DNA of 64,000 bases from Patescibacteria group bacterium (lineage in GTDB: Bacteria > Patescibacteriota > Patescibacteriia > UBA10025 > JBIOWE01), in the NCBI GenBank assembly GCA_044868145.1, contig JBIOWE010000004.1, positions 333,860-397,859 of the forward strand, in the 5' to 3' direction. Positions 8,356-18,255 of this stretch are shown here, in pieces. Positions within the stretch are counted from its first letter, which is position 1. Every line of letters starts with the position of its first letter. A program made the position numbers and the translations under genes. Under the pieces are notes generated by a model. It ran no database searches and was not told the DNA's origin. It worked only from the letters and a program-made list of their open reading frames with translations.

Positions 8356-9879
8356 ATGTCTTCAAAAATTCTGACAGCGGCAATTGTCGGTCTTGACGCG
8401 CAAGTTGTGGAGGTCGAGGCGGATCTGACGTTCGGCTTGCCGCGCATGTTTATCGTGGGCTTGCCCGACGCCGCGGTTCAGGAGGCTAAGGAGCGCGTAC
8501 GGTCCGCGCTGAAAAACAGCGGCAATGAATTTCCGCGCGGCAATGTTACGGTAAATCTTGCGCCTGCGGATTTAAAAAAAGAAGGCCCGGCCTACGACCT
8601 ACCCATCGCGCTCGCGATTCTCGCGGCGCAAGGAGTCGTGCCGGCGTCTGCAAGCGAGCGTCGCCAGTTGTTTGTGGGTGAACTCGCGCTTGACGGAACG
8701 ATTCGCGGGGTGCGCGGCGTTCTTTCTATTATGCTTATGGCGCGTGAGCTGGGCGTTCGCGATCTTTTTCTGCCCGCGGAAAATGCCGAGGAGGCGAGCA
8801 TTATTCCTGGTGTAAAGATTTTCGCGGTTGACCATCTCCGGCTGTTAATACAACACCTGCGCGGCAAACGACAACTTGCGCCGTATCGCCATCATGGTGA
8901 AACACGGCAAGCGCCGAAGCAAGAGTACGCAATGGACATGGTGTACGTGCGCGGCCAGGAACATGCGAAGCGCGCCCTCGAAATCGCCGCGGCCGGCGGT
9001 CATAACCTGCTTATGACGGGTCCTCCGGGCTCGGGAAAAACAATGCTCGCGAAAGCGCTCAGGACGATTTTACCGCCGCTCACGTTGGAAGAATCGCTCG
9101 ACGTAACCCGTATTTATTCGGTTGCCGGACTTTTACCCAAACGTCAGCCCCTGTGGCGCGACCGACCGTTTCGCTCGCCGCATCATACGGCGTCATCCGT
9201 GGCGATTGTCGGCGGTGGCTCATGGCCAAAGCCCGGTGAAATATCGCTGGCGCATCGAGGTGTGCTGTTTCTGGACGAATTCCCGGAATTCCAGCGACAG
9301 GTTCTGGAAAGTTTGCGTCAGCCGCTCGAGGAAGGCGTTGTGGTTATCTCGCGCGTGGCAAACACCCTGCAATTTCCGAGCCGGTTCATTCTCGTGGCAG
9401 CGCAAAACCCCTGCCCATGCGGGTTTAGGACCGACCCTAGCCGTCAATGTACCTGCAGTGCGGCTGAAATTGTGAAATATCGAAAAAAAATATCCGGGCC
9501 ATTGCTTGACCGCATTGACCTGCACGTTGAAGTACCTCGCGTTCCCTATGAAAAGCTTACTTCGGCTGTTGCGGGCGAATCGTCAAGTGTTTTTCGCGAC
9601 CGTGTGGCAAAGGCCCGCGATGTGCAATCGGCTCGCTTCCGCGGCGCGAATATACAAACGAACGCCGAAATGCCGATTGCGGTGATGAAGGACTATTGTC
9701 GCCCTGATACTAAAGGCGCAGAATTGTTGCGACAAGCTATGACATCATTGAATCTCTCCGCGCGGTCGTATCAACGCATACTCAAAGTGAGTCGGACCAT
9801 AGCGGACCTTGCCGGATCGGAATCCGTAACCGCCACTCATATAGCGGAGGCATTGCAGTATAGGGAAAAAAGTCAGTAG
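8356..9879 (+). CDS. comM: YifB/ComM Mg-chelatase-like AAA+ ATPase
   Basis: IVGLPD.AV.E..ERVR, NLAPAD..K.G, GPPGSGKTML, PGEISLAHRGVLFLDE, SAR...RILKV.RTIADL. Confidence 0.95.
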   Translation: MSSKILTAAIVGLDAQVVEVEADLTFGLPRMFIVGLPDAAVQEAKERVRSALKNSGNEFPRGNVTVNLAPADLKKEGPAYDLPIALAILAAQGVVPASASERRQLFVGELALDGTIRGVRGVLSIMLMARELGVRDLFLPAENAEEASIIPGVKIFAVDHLRLLIQHLRGKRQLAPYRHHGETRQAPKQEYAMDMVYVRGQEHAKRALEIAAAGGHNLLMTGPPGSGKTMLAKALRTILPPLTLEESLDVTRIYSVAGLLPKRQPLWRDRPFRSPHHTASSVAIVGGGSWPKPGEISLAHRGVLFLDEFPEFQRQVLESLRQPLEEGVVVISRVANTLQFPSRFILVAAQNPCPCGFRTDPSRQCTCSAAEIVKYRKKISGPLLDRIDLHVEVPRVPYEKLTSAVAGESSSVFRDRVAKARDVQSARFRGANIQTNAEMPIAVMKDYCRPDTKGAELLRQAMTSLNLSARSYQRILKVSRTIADLAGSESVTATHIAEALQYREKSQ

Positions 9880-9880
9880 A

Positions 9881-9948
9881 TTCAAAATTCGAAGCTCGAA
9901 ATACAAAATTCGAAACAAATTCAAATGACCAAATTGCAAAATCCAAAA
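9881..9948 (+). repeat. Degenerate 7-mer tandem repeats (left arm of four-helix-bundle cassette 1)
   Basis: TTCAAAA TTCGAAG CTCGAAA TACAAAA TTCGAAA CAAATTCAAATGACCAAA. Confidence 0.75.
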
Positions 9949-10290
9949 CTATTCGACCTAGAACAGCGCACTCTATTGTTTGCAAAAAACGTGCGATTCT
10001 TTTTCGAGAAATTACCAAGAACCATCATGAACATTGAAGATGGGCGGCAGCTTATACGGTCCTCGGGTTCAATTGGCGCAAACTATATTGAAGCCAATGA
10101 GTCACTAAGCAAAAAAGATTTTCTCATGAGAATAAAAATATGTCGGAAAGAATCAAAGGAATGCAGGTTCTGGCTTCAGCTTTTTGATTTGAGGGGCCAA
10201 ACCAACCTTGAACGGGAGAGGGCTTTGTTCATCCAAGAATCTACCGAATTAATGATGATCTTTGGTTCTATCATACGAAAGTTAGAATAG
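9925..10290 (+). CDS. Four-helix-bundle protein (23S rRNA IVP / Avd-like family)
   Basis: DL..RT..F, QLIRS..SIGANY.EA..S.SKKDF..RI.I.RKE.KE...WL.L. Confidence 0.9.
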   Translation: MTKLQNPKLFDLEQRTLLFAKNVRFFFEKLPRTIMNIEDGRQLIRSSGSIGANYIEANESLSKKDFLMRIKICRKESKECRFWLQLFDLRGQTNLERERALFIQESTELMMIFGSIIRKLE

Positions 10291-10291
10291 G

Positions 10292-10356
10292 TTTTGGTCA
10301 TTGGGATTTTAGAAAATTCTTATTGTTTCGGATTTCGATATTCGGATTTCGGATTT
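10292..10356 (-). repeat. Inverted 7-mer repeats (right arm of four-helix-bundle cassette 1)
   Basis: TTTTGGTCATTGG...TTGTTTCGGATTTCGATATTCGGATTTCGGATTT, approximately the reverse complement of the left arm. Confidence 0.75.
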
Positions 10357-10378
10357 ATCCTCGATGGGTTTTTACGCC

Positions 10379-10951
10379 TTACTGGACGATGACCGTCCCG
10401 ACTCGTGAGGGGTTTAGATGGTCATGGTACGAGTAGGTGCCGGCTTGAGCGAACGTGAAGGAGTATCGTTCGCCCGGGCCAATGTTGCCTGTGCCGTCGT
10501 CATCCCAGATGCCCCGGTAGCGCAGGTGCGAGGGATGAAAGTCGGGCGCCACGTACACAGCGCTCGATCCGCTATTTGTCCAGGTCACTGTCCCGCCAAC
10601 GCCTATGGTTACCGACGCCGGCGAAAAACCTGACGATGAAACAGACACCGAGGCACTTTGCGCCAACGCCGATACGTTTGTATTGGTGTTCACGGTCGGC
10701 GCTGTGTTAACATTTTTATTTTGATTGATAGTGGTAACAGTATTCACGTTTTTATTTTGATTGACGGTGCTGTTCGTCATTGTTATGTTTGTGTTAAGCG
10801 CAGTACCGTTGATACTAACCATGCTGTTTATCGACGTATTTGTCGTATTAACATTTACTTCGGGTGGTCTTTTTGAAGATAGGTAGAAGCCTCCGCCGAT
10901 GATCAGCGCGATGGCGGCAATGATTCCTATCCATAGTAATGGTTTATTCAT
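10379..10951 (-). CDS. Membrane-anchored cupredoxin-like protein with Asn/Thr-rich stalk
   Basis: N-terminal TM helix, NTNT-rich linker, F.P..VTI..G.TVTWTN, GTYSYHDHL...G.V.V. Confidence 0.8.
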   Translation of the reverse strand: MNKPLLWIGIIAAIALIIGGGFYLSSKRPPEVNVNTTNTSINSMVSINGTALNTNITMTNSTVNQNKNVNTVTTINQNKNVNTAPTVNTNTNVSALAQSASVSVSSSGFSPASVTIGVGGTVTWTNSGSSAVYVAPDFHPSHLRYRGIWDDDGTGNIGPGERYSFTFAQAGTYSYHDHLNPSRVGTVIVQ

Positions 10952-11055
10952 GGAAGAAACTAAGGTAAACAAGCAAAAAAGAGTATAACAAATTCCTGCG
11001 CAGACGACCATTTTTACTGGACTTTTTGGTTAATTTGTGCTAAAATAAAAAAGAA

Positions 11056-12480
11056 ATGGCAACACAAACGCATGTCGGTCAAAATAAAAATAAAAAGGAC
11101 GAGAAGCTGATCTTGCTTCTTGAAGAGCGCGAGAAGCAAAGGCGATTACAGTGGTCGGTGTACGTTCGATACATCGTCATCGTGGTCATTGTTGCGATCT
11201 CGCTCATGGGGGCGCAGTTTCAATTGAACTACGATCTCAGGGGGATATTCCTCGCCGTCGCGCTCGCGTTCATCTTTAACATCGCTTCTAGCTTTGTATA
11301 TCGCTCAACGCGGTATCCAGAGTTTTGGCCCTATCTCGGGATCTTTTTCGACATGATCGTAATTACGATCGTGGTGCATTTCACGGGCGGTATCGAAAGC
11401 GTGTTCTTGCCGTTGTATCTGTTGCAGCTCGTAGGGACTAATTTGCATTTTTCAAAAATCGCTGGCCCTTTGAATTTTATTTTTGGCGGTAACCTGTTCA
11501 TTTTTCTTGTCCTTCTTGAACAAGCTGGCGTTATTCCGCACTACGCAACGGGTTTCTTCCCTCCTGATGCGTATCAGAATCCTCAATTTATCCTCATGGT
11601 TTCGATCACGTTGATTGCGCTCATGGGTATTTCCACGTACCGCTCGGGTCACGTTGTCTGGAGTTTACAATCTGTTGAGCGAAAATTATTCGAGCTTAAT
11701 GAAGACTTGTCTCGGATGAACCAGGCGCTAGCGGAGGCGAACAAGCGTTTGAGTGATGCAGACCAAATAAAAACGGAATTTATTTCCGTCGCCTCTCACC
11801 AGATGCGGACCCCGTTGTCTGCAATCAAATGGTCGCTTAAAATGGTCATGGATGGGGACATGGGACAGTTATCGCCCGAGCAAAAAGACGTACTACGGAA
11901 AGGCTACATGAGCAATGAGCGGATGATTGGATTGATTAACGACTTGTTGAACGTATCGCGCATCGAGGAAGGGCGCTTTCAATATCAATTTCAGCCAACC
12001 CAACTTGAAGAAGTTGTGGATCATGCGCTTGAGGAGTTGCGCTCGGAAATTGAGACTCGCAAGATTCAATTTTCCTATGCGCCTCCTCGGGAACGGTTTC
12101 CTCCGCTGAATCTTGATGAGCAAAAAATTAAGCTGGCCTTGCAGAACGTTCTCGACAACGCCTTCAAGTATACGCAGAAAGGCGGAAAAGTATGGCTTTC
12201 TCTTGATCGCGAGGACGGCCAACTACACATACGAGTGCGGGATTCAGGTGTGGGTATCCCGCAGCACCAGCAACACAGAATTTTTTCAAAATTTTTTCGG
12301 GCGGATAACGTCATTCGGATGCAAACGGAAGGATCAGGACTCGGCCTTTTCATCGTTAAGAAGATTATCGAACATCATGGCGGACGCGTTTGGTTCGAAA
12401 GCCGTGAAGAACACGGCACGACGGTTCATATGACGATTCCGCTGGTTTTTAAGCCAAGTACTGCACAAACAAGATTATGA
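11056..12480 (+). CDS. Membrane sensor histidine kinase
   Basis: About 6 TM helices, SHQMRTPL H-box, N-box NVLDNAFKYT, DSGVGI, GSGLGL. Confidence 0.95.
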   Translation: MATQTHVGQNKNKKDEKLILLLEEREKQRRLQWSVYVRYIVIVVIVAISLMGAQFQLNYDLRGIFLAVALAFIFNIASSFVYRSTRYPEFWPYLGIFFDMIVITIVVHFTGGIESVFLPLYLLQLVGTNLHFSKIAGPLNFIFGGNLFIFLVLLEQAGVIPHYATGFFPPDAYQNPQFILMVSITLIALMGISTYRSGHVVWSLQSVERKLFELNEDLSRMNQALAEANKRLSDADQIKTEFISVASHQMRTPLSAIKWSLKMVMDGDMGQLSPEQKDVLRKGYMSNERMIGLINDLLNVSRIEEGRFQYQFQPTQLEEVVDHALEELRSEIETRKIQFSYAPPRERFPPLNLDEQKIKLALQNVLDNAFKYTQKGGKVWLSLDREDGQLHIRVRDSGVGIPQHQQHRIFSKFFRADNVIRMQTEGSGLGLFIVKKIIEHHGGRVWFESREEHGTTVHMTIPLVFKPSTAQTRL

Positions 12481-13154
12481 ACATCCCTCTCTCACCGCTT
12501 CTATTATTCTTGAACACGATAGTATGCTTTGCGTGCGGAGGAAAATTGTATGGCGTGTACCGTCGAGATCAGTCTAATAAGGTTGTGGACCATTTCGTCA
12601 AGGCGTACATTTTTTTCGCCGTTGCGTATCTCTTTTTTTCACTGCCCTGGCTCTTGATACCCCAGGAACGTTTTTATCTCGGCGTCATGATGATTTTGGG
12701 CAGCCTCTTTTTGTTCATAGCGTACGGCTACCTTACGATGACGACAACATTTTTTCTCGACCCGCTGCGGTATCGCGTCTCATTTTTCCTTTTCCTGCTT
12801 TTAGCATCGGTCGTGCTGTTGGTTGATATCGCATTTTTTTCCTTTCCTCTCTTTGATAACGCCAGCGGTCTTTTGGACTGGAACTTGGATACTGTTCCCC
12901 GAATAGCCTCCGCGGTCCTCCTGCTTTCCGTCGTTGTCCCTTCCGCGCTGTATTTTCTTTTGCAATCGTTTTCGAGCCCAAACCCTATTGTTCGAACACG
13001 ATCGCTCTTGCTTCTATTTGGGTTTTTATTATTGAGCGCTGCCGCTGTTTTGGTTTACAGTGTCAAACCTTTGCCGCTCTTAATTCTCGCGACCAGCCTG
13101 TCGACTCTCGCTTTTCTGGTCTTATTCCTCGGCGTATATTACAAAAGGCAATGA
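12477..13154 (+). CDS. Stand-alone ~7-TM membrane protein, translationally coupled to the kinase
   Basis: Seven hydrophobic segments. ATGA overlap with the kinase stop. Confidence 0.75.
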   Translation: MNIPLSPLLLFLNTIVCFACGGKLYGVYRRDQSNKVVDHFVKAYIFFAVAYLFFSLPWLLIPQERFYLGVMMILGSLFLFIAYGYLTMTTTFFLDPLRYRVSFFLFLLLASVVLLVDIAFFSFPLFDNASGLLDWNLDTVPRIASAVLLLSVVVPSALYFLLQSFSSPNPIVRTRSLLLLFGFLLLSAAAVLVYSVKPLPLLILATSLSTLAFLVLFLGVYYKRQ

Positions 13155-13173
13155 AAAAGAGTTCCCTCATTCT

Positions 13174-13554
13174 ATGATTCATGTACTTATTATTGAGGAC
13201 GATCAATTCCTTCGAGATTTGCTCAAGACGAAACTAGAGAAGGAGGGTTTTCGCGTTACGACAGCAATAGACGGACCTGAGGGTTGGCAAAAACTGCAGT
13301 CGGAACCTGTCGATGTTGTGCTGCTCGACATTATTCTCCCAGGATTTGATGGTTTTGAAATCCTGGCGCGCGCGCGAAAATCACCGGATGCGCAATGGAC
13401 AAAACTTCCCATTATTCTCCTCACGAATCTTGGACAAGAGGCGGACGTGGCAAAAGGAAGAACGCTTGGTGCAAACGATTACCTCATCAAGTCCAATTTT
13501 ACGCTCGACGAGATTATTCAGAAAATAAAAAAGCTGCTTGGGAAGGAGAGGTAA
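13174..13554 (+). CDS. Single-domain response regulator receiver
   Basis: IIEDD, LLDIILP..DG, LTN, YLIK. No output domain. Confidence 0.93.
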   Translation: MIHVLIIEDDQFLRDLLKTKLEKEGFRVTTAIDGPEGWQKLQSEPVDVVLLDIILPGFDGFEILARARKSPDAQWTKLPIILLTNLGQEADVAKGRTLGANDYLIKSNFTLDEIIQKIKKLLGKER

Positions 13555-13659
13555 CCCAGCACCACTTTTACAGCATTATATTTCATAGAAAATAAAGAAC
13601 GTTCATTTTGATAAATGAGCGTCTTTTTGGCCAAACAGCAAGGTAAAAGTGGTGCTGGG

Positions 13660-15111
13660 TTAGAGGTAGCTCAACGGATTCACCGGTCTGTTGTTGATGC
13701 GCACTTCAAAGTGAACATGTGTGCCTGTGCACCAACCAGTGCATCCCATCATCGCGAGTACTTGGCCACGAGATACTCGCTGCCCCGCCCGCACAAAGAT
13801 TTTGCTGGCGTGCGCGTACAAGGTTTTCATGTTGCCACCATGATTGACGATAACATTGAGTCCGTAGCCGCGGCCTGCGTTGTTCACCGATTCCACAATG
13901 CCGTCGCTCGCCGCGTAGATGGGCGAAGAGTAGTCGCCGTCAATATCAATTCCGGTGTGGCCGTAGCGGAAATATTGGTTAATGCGATGCGATGGGGTTG
14001 GCCAGAGCAATCTACCGGACGAGGTCACCCGCGCAGGCGGCGGAATATTTTGGTACGCGTACCGCGATGGCGTATACGTATTTGTTGACTTTGGCGCTTC
14101 CGGCATTGTTCCACCAGGGATAAGTAGAATTTGTCCTTTCTCGATTGCGGTTGCGTCGGCAAGGCGATTGTATTCAATGACCTCGTCAGCGCTCACGCTA
14201 TACTTTTGGGCAATTTTTGCAACCGTATCGCCGGACTGTACTTGATGGGATAACCCCGAGGCGGGCAGAATGGTTAGCTTGTCTCCCGGTCGAATATAGT
14301 CACGACTCCCGAGCCGGTTTTCCCAGAGAACGGTGTTTCCGCTTATGTGGAATTTTTCCGCTATGGTCGAGATTGTGTCGCCGGGCTCGACGTAATAATA
14401 CACAACACGGCTGCGCGGGGATTGATCGTCCGGCTCAATGAGGCCGCTCGAAACAACAGCGCCCGACACCTGCGACGTAATAACGGTCGGTTCGATAGCT
14501 TCGGCAACTTCGCCGACCACTGGCTCTTTGTTCGCGGCGGCAGCCGATTGTATCGGCTCTCGTATTGGTGCTTTAGCCGCCGATGTATCCTCAGTGAGTT
14601 GTTCAAGCGAATTATTGATAAATGTGTTAACCAGGCTGCGCTTGCCAAAATCTTCCGCACGGACTTCCCGGGCCAATACATTGTTAGAAAGCACAATGAT
14701 TCCCAAAAGAAAGACCACAATATGAATTGCTGTATTGCGCGTAAAGGGGAATGATATCGTGCTTTTTGCGGGTAGCAATTTTTTCATCATCCAGACCTTC
14801 ACGATGCGGTAGACACGGTAAAGCCGAACCAGAATATGCCGGAAGATGAAATCAGCCACAATGGTGATTGGGCGGACGATTACTAGCAGTAAGAAAAAGC
14901 CTACAGCGCGCACGCCGTAGGAAAGGAGCCGTAGGACTCCAACGGAAAGCTGAATAATGAATTTTTTGATGTGGATACGAATAGGTTGACCTCTTGTAAG
15001 TGTGTTTTTTCTTACGAGTCGCTTCGCATGATGTTTTTCCCTTGCCAGAGCGCCCTTTGCATGCTTACAGAAGTCAAGGTATAGACTACCATATTGTGAA
15101 AATACCGTCAA
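13660..15111 (-). CDS. LysM x2 + M23 peptidase (start uncertain)
   Basis: Two LysM repeats (YYVEPGDTISTIA, HQVQSGDTVAKIA), HTGID, YAH, HVHFEV. Confidence 0.9.
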   Translation of the reverse strand: MTVFSQYGSLYLDFCKHAKGALAREKHHAKRLVRKNTLTRGQPIRIHIKKFIIQLSVGVLRLLSYGVRAVGFFLLLVIVRPITIVADFIFRHILVRLYRVYRIVKVWMMKKLLPAKSTISFPFTRNTAIHIVVFLLGIIVLSNNVLAREVRAEDFGKRSLVNTFINNSLEQLTEDTSAAKAPIREPIQSAAAANKEPVVGEVAEAIEPTVITSQVSGAVVSSGLIEPDDQSPRSRVVYYYVEPGDTISTIAEKFHISGNTVLWENRLGSRDYIRPGDKLTILPASGLSHQVQSGDTVAKIAQKYSVSADEVIEYNRLADATAIEKGQILLIPGGTMPEAPKSTNTYTPSRYAYQNIPPPARVTSSGRLLWPTPSHRINQYFRYGHTGIDIDGDYSSPIYAASDGIVESVNNAGRGYGLNVIVNHGGNMKTLYAHASKIFVRAGQRVSRGQVLAMMGCTGWCTGTHVHFEVRINNRPVNPLSYL

Positions 15112-15196
15112 GACTCTCTGTGAGTTGGGCGCCTTTTGCTCACGGTTTGAAAGCGAGTGGAAAACAATGGTAAACTTAATGATAAGCAGATTACGT

Positions 15197-17641
15197 ATGA
15201 GCGTTTTTGAACATCGGACTATTGAACCAAAATGGCAAGCGCGGTGGGAGCAGGCGCACGCGCACGAGACTGATCTTAAGCATTCCCAGAATAAGTGTTA
15301 CTGCTTGGTGATGTTTTCCTATCCATCAGCGAAGAAGCTGCATATCGGGCATTGGTACAATTACGGACCAACCGACACCTGGGCTCGCTGGAAGCGCCTA
15401 CAGGGATTGAATGTGTTTGAGCCAATGGGATTTGACGCATTTGGATTGCCCGCGGAAAACCAGGCAATCAAGGAACAAAGGCACCCCCGGACCATTACCT
15501 ATGAGAGTATTGATCAGATTCGCGGCCAGCTGAAACAAATTGGCGCAATGTATGATTGGTCGAAAGAAGCCATTACATCGGAGCCAGAGTATTATAAGTG
15601 GACACAGTGGATCTTTTTGCAGTTGTTCAAGCATGCGCTCGCCTACAAAAAAAAAGCGCCAGTGAATTGGTGCCCCACCGATAGAACCGTTCTGGCGAAC
15701 GAACAAGTCATTGACGGATGCTGCGAACGATGCGGTACCCCCGTCGAGCAGAAAGAACTTGAGCAATGGTTTTTTCGCATCACCGAATACGTGGAAGACT
15801 TATTAAAGTTTGACCATCTTGATTGGCCGGAGCGGACCAAGCTCGTACAAAAAAATTGGATTGGCAAGAGTGAAGGCGCCAACATTGTGTTTCAGACGGA
15901 AGACAAGAAACATCAACTTCGCGTTTTTACGACACGGCCAGACACGCTTTTTGGCGCTTCGTTCCTTGTTCTCGCGCCTGAGCATGAACTGGTTGAAGCG
16001 TTAACCCCCCCTGACCGCCGCGAGGCAGTGGCCGCGTACCGGGAGCAAGCGGGAAAGCGCACAACCGCGGAGCGCGAACTCGCTGATCGAGAAAAAACAG
16101 GAGTTCCCCTTGGCAGCTATGTGATCAATCCAGCCACAAAAACAAAAATTCCCATCTGGATCGCGGATTACGTCCTGCTTACCTATGGCTCAGGAATCGT
16201 CATGGCGGTGCCGGGCCACGACACGCGTGATTATGCCTTCGCGAAGAAATACAAGCTGCCGATTGTAAAAGTTATTAATCCACCAGGCGTTATGCCGAAG
16301 CGCCCGCTAGAAGCTGGATTAAGCGCCGGAGGTTTAGGCTATCTTGCTTCTGATCTCGAGGCGGAATGCTGGACAGGAGAAGGCACAATGATCAATTCAG
16401 GCCATTATAACGGCCTTTCCACGGAGCAAGTGCGTAAACGGATTGTTACCGATCTTGAGCGTTCCGGTCAGGCGTCGTTCGGGACGTCGCACCGCTTGCG
16501 TGATTGGCTGGTGTCGCGTCAGCGCTATTGGGGCGCGCCGATTCCCGTTATCTATTGCGATGAGCATGGAGCCGTGCCTGTACCGGAAAAGGACTTGCCC
16601 GTTTTATTGCCAGATGATGTTGATTTTCAACCAACCGGTGAGTCGCCGCTCACGCGGTCCGCATCGTTTGTTACTACCACGTGTCCTCTTTGCAAGAAGC
16701 CGGCGCGACGTGAAGTTGATACGCTCGATACATTCGTCGATTCATCGTGGTACTTTTTTCGTTATCTTTCGCCACACGACCCGTCGCAACCGTTTGACAA
16801 GAAGCTTGTAAGAAAATGGATGCCGGTTGATCTGTATGTCGGCGGCGCGGAGCATGCAACCTTGCACCTCCTGTATGCCCGGTTCATCGCCAAGGTGTTG
16901 ATGCGCGATCGCGCCTATGAACCGTTTCACAGATTGCGGCATCAAGGCACGATAACGAAAAACGGCGCCAAGATGTCGAAATCGAAAGGCAACGTGGTGA
17001 ACCCGGACGCATTCGTCGAGCAGTTTGGTTCAGACACCTTCCGCATGTTCCTGATGTTTATGGGCCCATACGAAGACGGGGGAGATTGGAGTGATCGCGG
17101 CATTCTTGGGATTCGTCGGTTTCTTGACCGCGTCTATACTGTCTACACGTCAGCGCCCCTCGTCGAAGCTTCTGCCCCAATCCTGGCGCGTCAATTGTTG
17201 CACCGGACCATCCACAAGGTAAGCGCTGATTTGGACAAGATGCATTTTCACACGGCCATCGCCAGCCTTATGGAATGTTTAACCGGTTTGACCAAGCTGG
17301 GCGGGCTTACCAAGGACCAGGGCCAAACCTTTCTCACCTTGCTGGCGCCGTTTGCACCGCATCTTGCCGAAGAACTCTGGGAGCGTATTGGTCATGCAAA
17401 CTCCATTTTCACAGAACACTGGCCTTCGTTTGACCCTAGTGCAATTGAAGAAACGACGGTGCCACTGATCCTGCAAGTGAACGGAAAACTGCGCGACACG
17501 CTCACGGTCGAAAAGGGACTGAATGATCAAGAGCTTGTTCGCCTTGCGCAAGGCAGCCAAAAGGTGCAAAAATACATTAGTGGCAAAACAATCCGCAGAA
17601 CCATTGTAGTAAAAGATAAACTGGTCAATTTCGTCCTATGA
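15197..17641 (+). CDS. leuS: Leucine--tRNA ligase
   Basis: LHIGH, KMSKS, FTTRPDT, SRQRYWG, GGAEHA. Confidence 0.97.
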   Translation: MSVFEHRTIEPKWQARWEQAHAHETDLKHSQNKCYCLVMFSYPSAKKLHIGHWYNYGPTDTWARWKRLQGLNVFEPMGFDAFGLPAENQAIKEQRHPRTITYESIDQIRGQLKQIGAMYDWSKEAITSEPEYYKWTQWIFLQLFKHALAYKKKAPVNWCPTDRTVLANEQVIDGCCERCGTPVEQKELEQWFFRITEYVEDLLKFDHLDWPERTKLVQKNWIGKSEGANIVFQTEDKKHQLRVFTTRPDTLFGASFLVLAPEHELVEALTPPDRREAVAAYREQAGKRTTAERELADREKTGVPLGSYVINPATKTKIPIWIADYVLLTYGSGIVMAVPGHDTRDYAFAKKYKLPIVKVINPPGVMPKRPLEAGLSAGGLGYLASDLEAECWTGEGTMINSGHYNGLSTEQVRKRIVTDLERSGQASFGTSHRLRDWLVSRQRYWGAPIPVIYCDEHGAVPVPEKDLPVLLPDDVDFQPTGESPLTRSASFVTTTCPLCKKPARREVDTLDTFVDSSWYFFRYLSPHDPSQPFDKKLVRKWMPVDLYVGGAEHATLHLLYARFIAKVLMRDRAYEPFHRLRHQGTITKNGAKMSKSKGNVVNPDAFVEQFGSDTFRMFLMFMGPYEDGGDWSDRGILGIRRFLDRVYTVYTSAPLVEASAPILARQLLHRTIHKVSADLDKMHFHTAIASLMECLTGLTKLGGLTKDQGQTFLTLLAPFAPHLAEELWERIGHANSIFTEHWPSFDPSAIEETTVPLILQVNGKLRDTLTVEKGLNDQELVRLAQGSQKVQKYISGKTIRRTIVVKDKLVNFVL

Positions 17642-18252
17642 ACATGGTCAGCATTGATCCCAAGAACCCGCAGGCAAGCGTCATTGCCCAGGCAGTGCGC
17701 ATCCTCCGGCAAGGAGGCGTGGTCGCATACCCAACGGACACGGCGTACGGTCTCGCATGCGACGCACTCAATGAAGAGGCGATTGGTAAGATATTCATTA
17801 TGAAAAAGCGGTACCAGAAACCGCTTCCGGTTGCGGTAGCGAATATGAAAATGGCTGAAACGGTCGCAATAATGAGCGAGCAAGAAAAAAAGATTGCGAA
17901 GAAGTATTGGCCAGGCCCTTTGAGCATTATTGTGCAAAAAAAAGATTCAGTACCGCCCGCGTTAACGCTTGGCTTGCAAACCATTGGCGTGCGCATCCCC
18001 AACCACCCTGTTGCGCTGGCGCTGGTTAGTGCTTTTGGCAAGCCGATTACCTCCACGAGTGCCAATATTACCGGTCAGGGGAATTGCTATAACGCGGAAT
18101 GCGTGCATAGAAATTTCCGTTCTGAAATTGCAAAACCTGATCTCATCCTCGACGGCGGAGAATTACCCGAAGTGCCGGTCTCGACCGTCATCCAAGTGCA
18201 AGCCGGAAAGGTCCACATCGTTCGTGAAGGACCGGTGAAGGTTGGTTTCTAG
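17638..18252 (+). CDS. tsaC: Threonylcarbamoyl-AMP synthase (Sua5/YrdC)
   Basis: YPTDTAYGL, K.R...KPL, WPGPL, STSAN. Confidence 0.93.
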   Translation: MNMVSIDPKNPQASVIAQAVRILRQGGVVAYPTDTAYGLACDALNEEAIGKIFIMKKRYQKPLPVAVANMKMAETVAIMSEQEKKIAKKYWPGPLSIIVQKKDSVPPALTLGLQTIGVRIPNHPVALALVSAFGKPITSTSANITGQGNCYNAECVHRNFRSEIAKPDLILDGGELPEVPVSTVIQVQAGKVHIVREGPVKVGF

Positions 18253-18255
18253 CAC

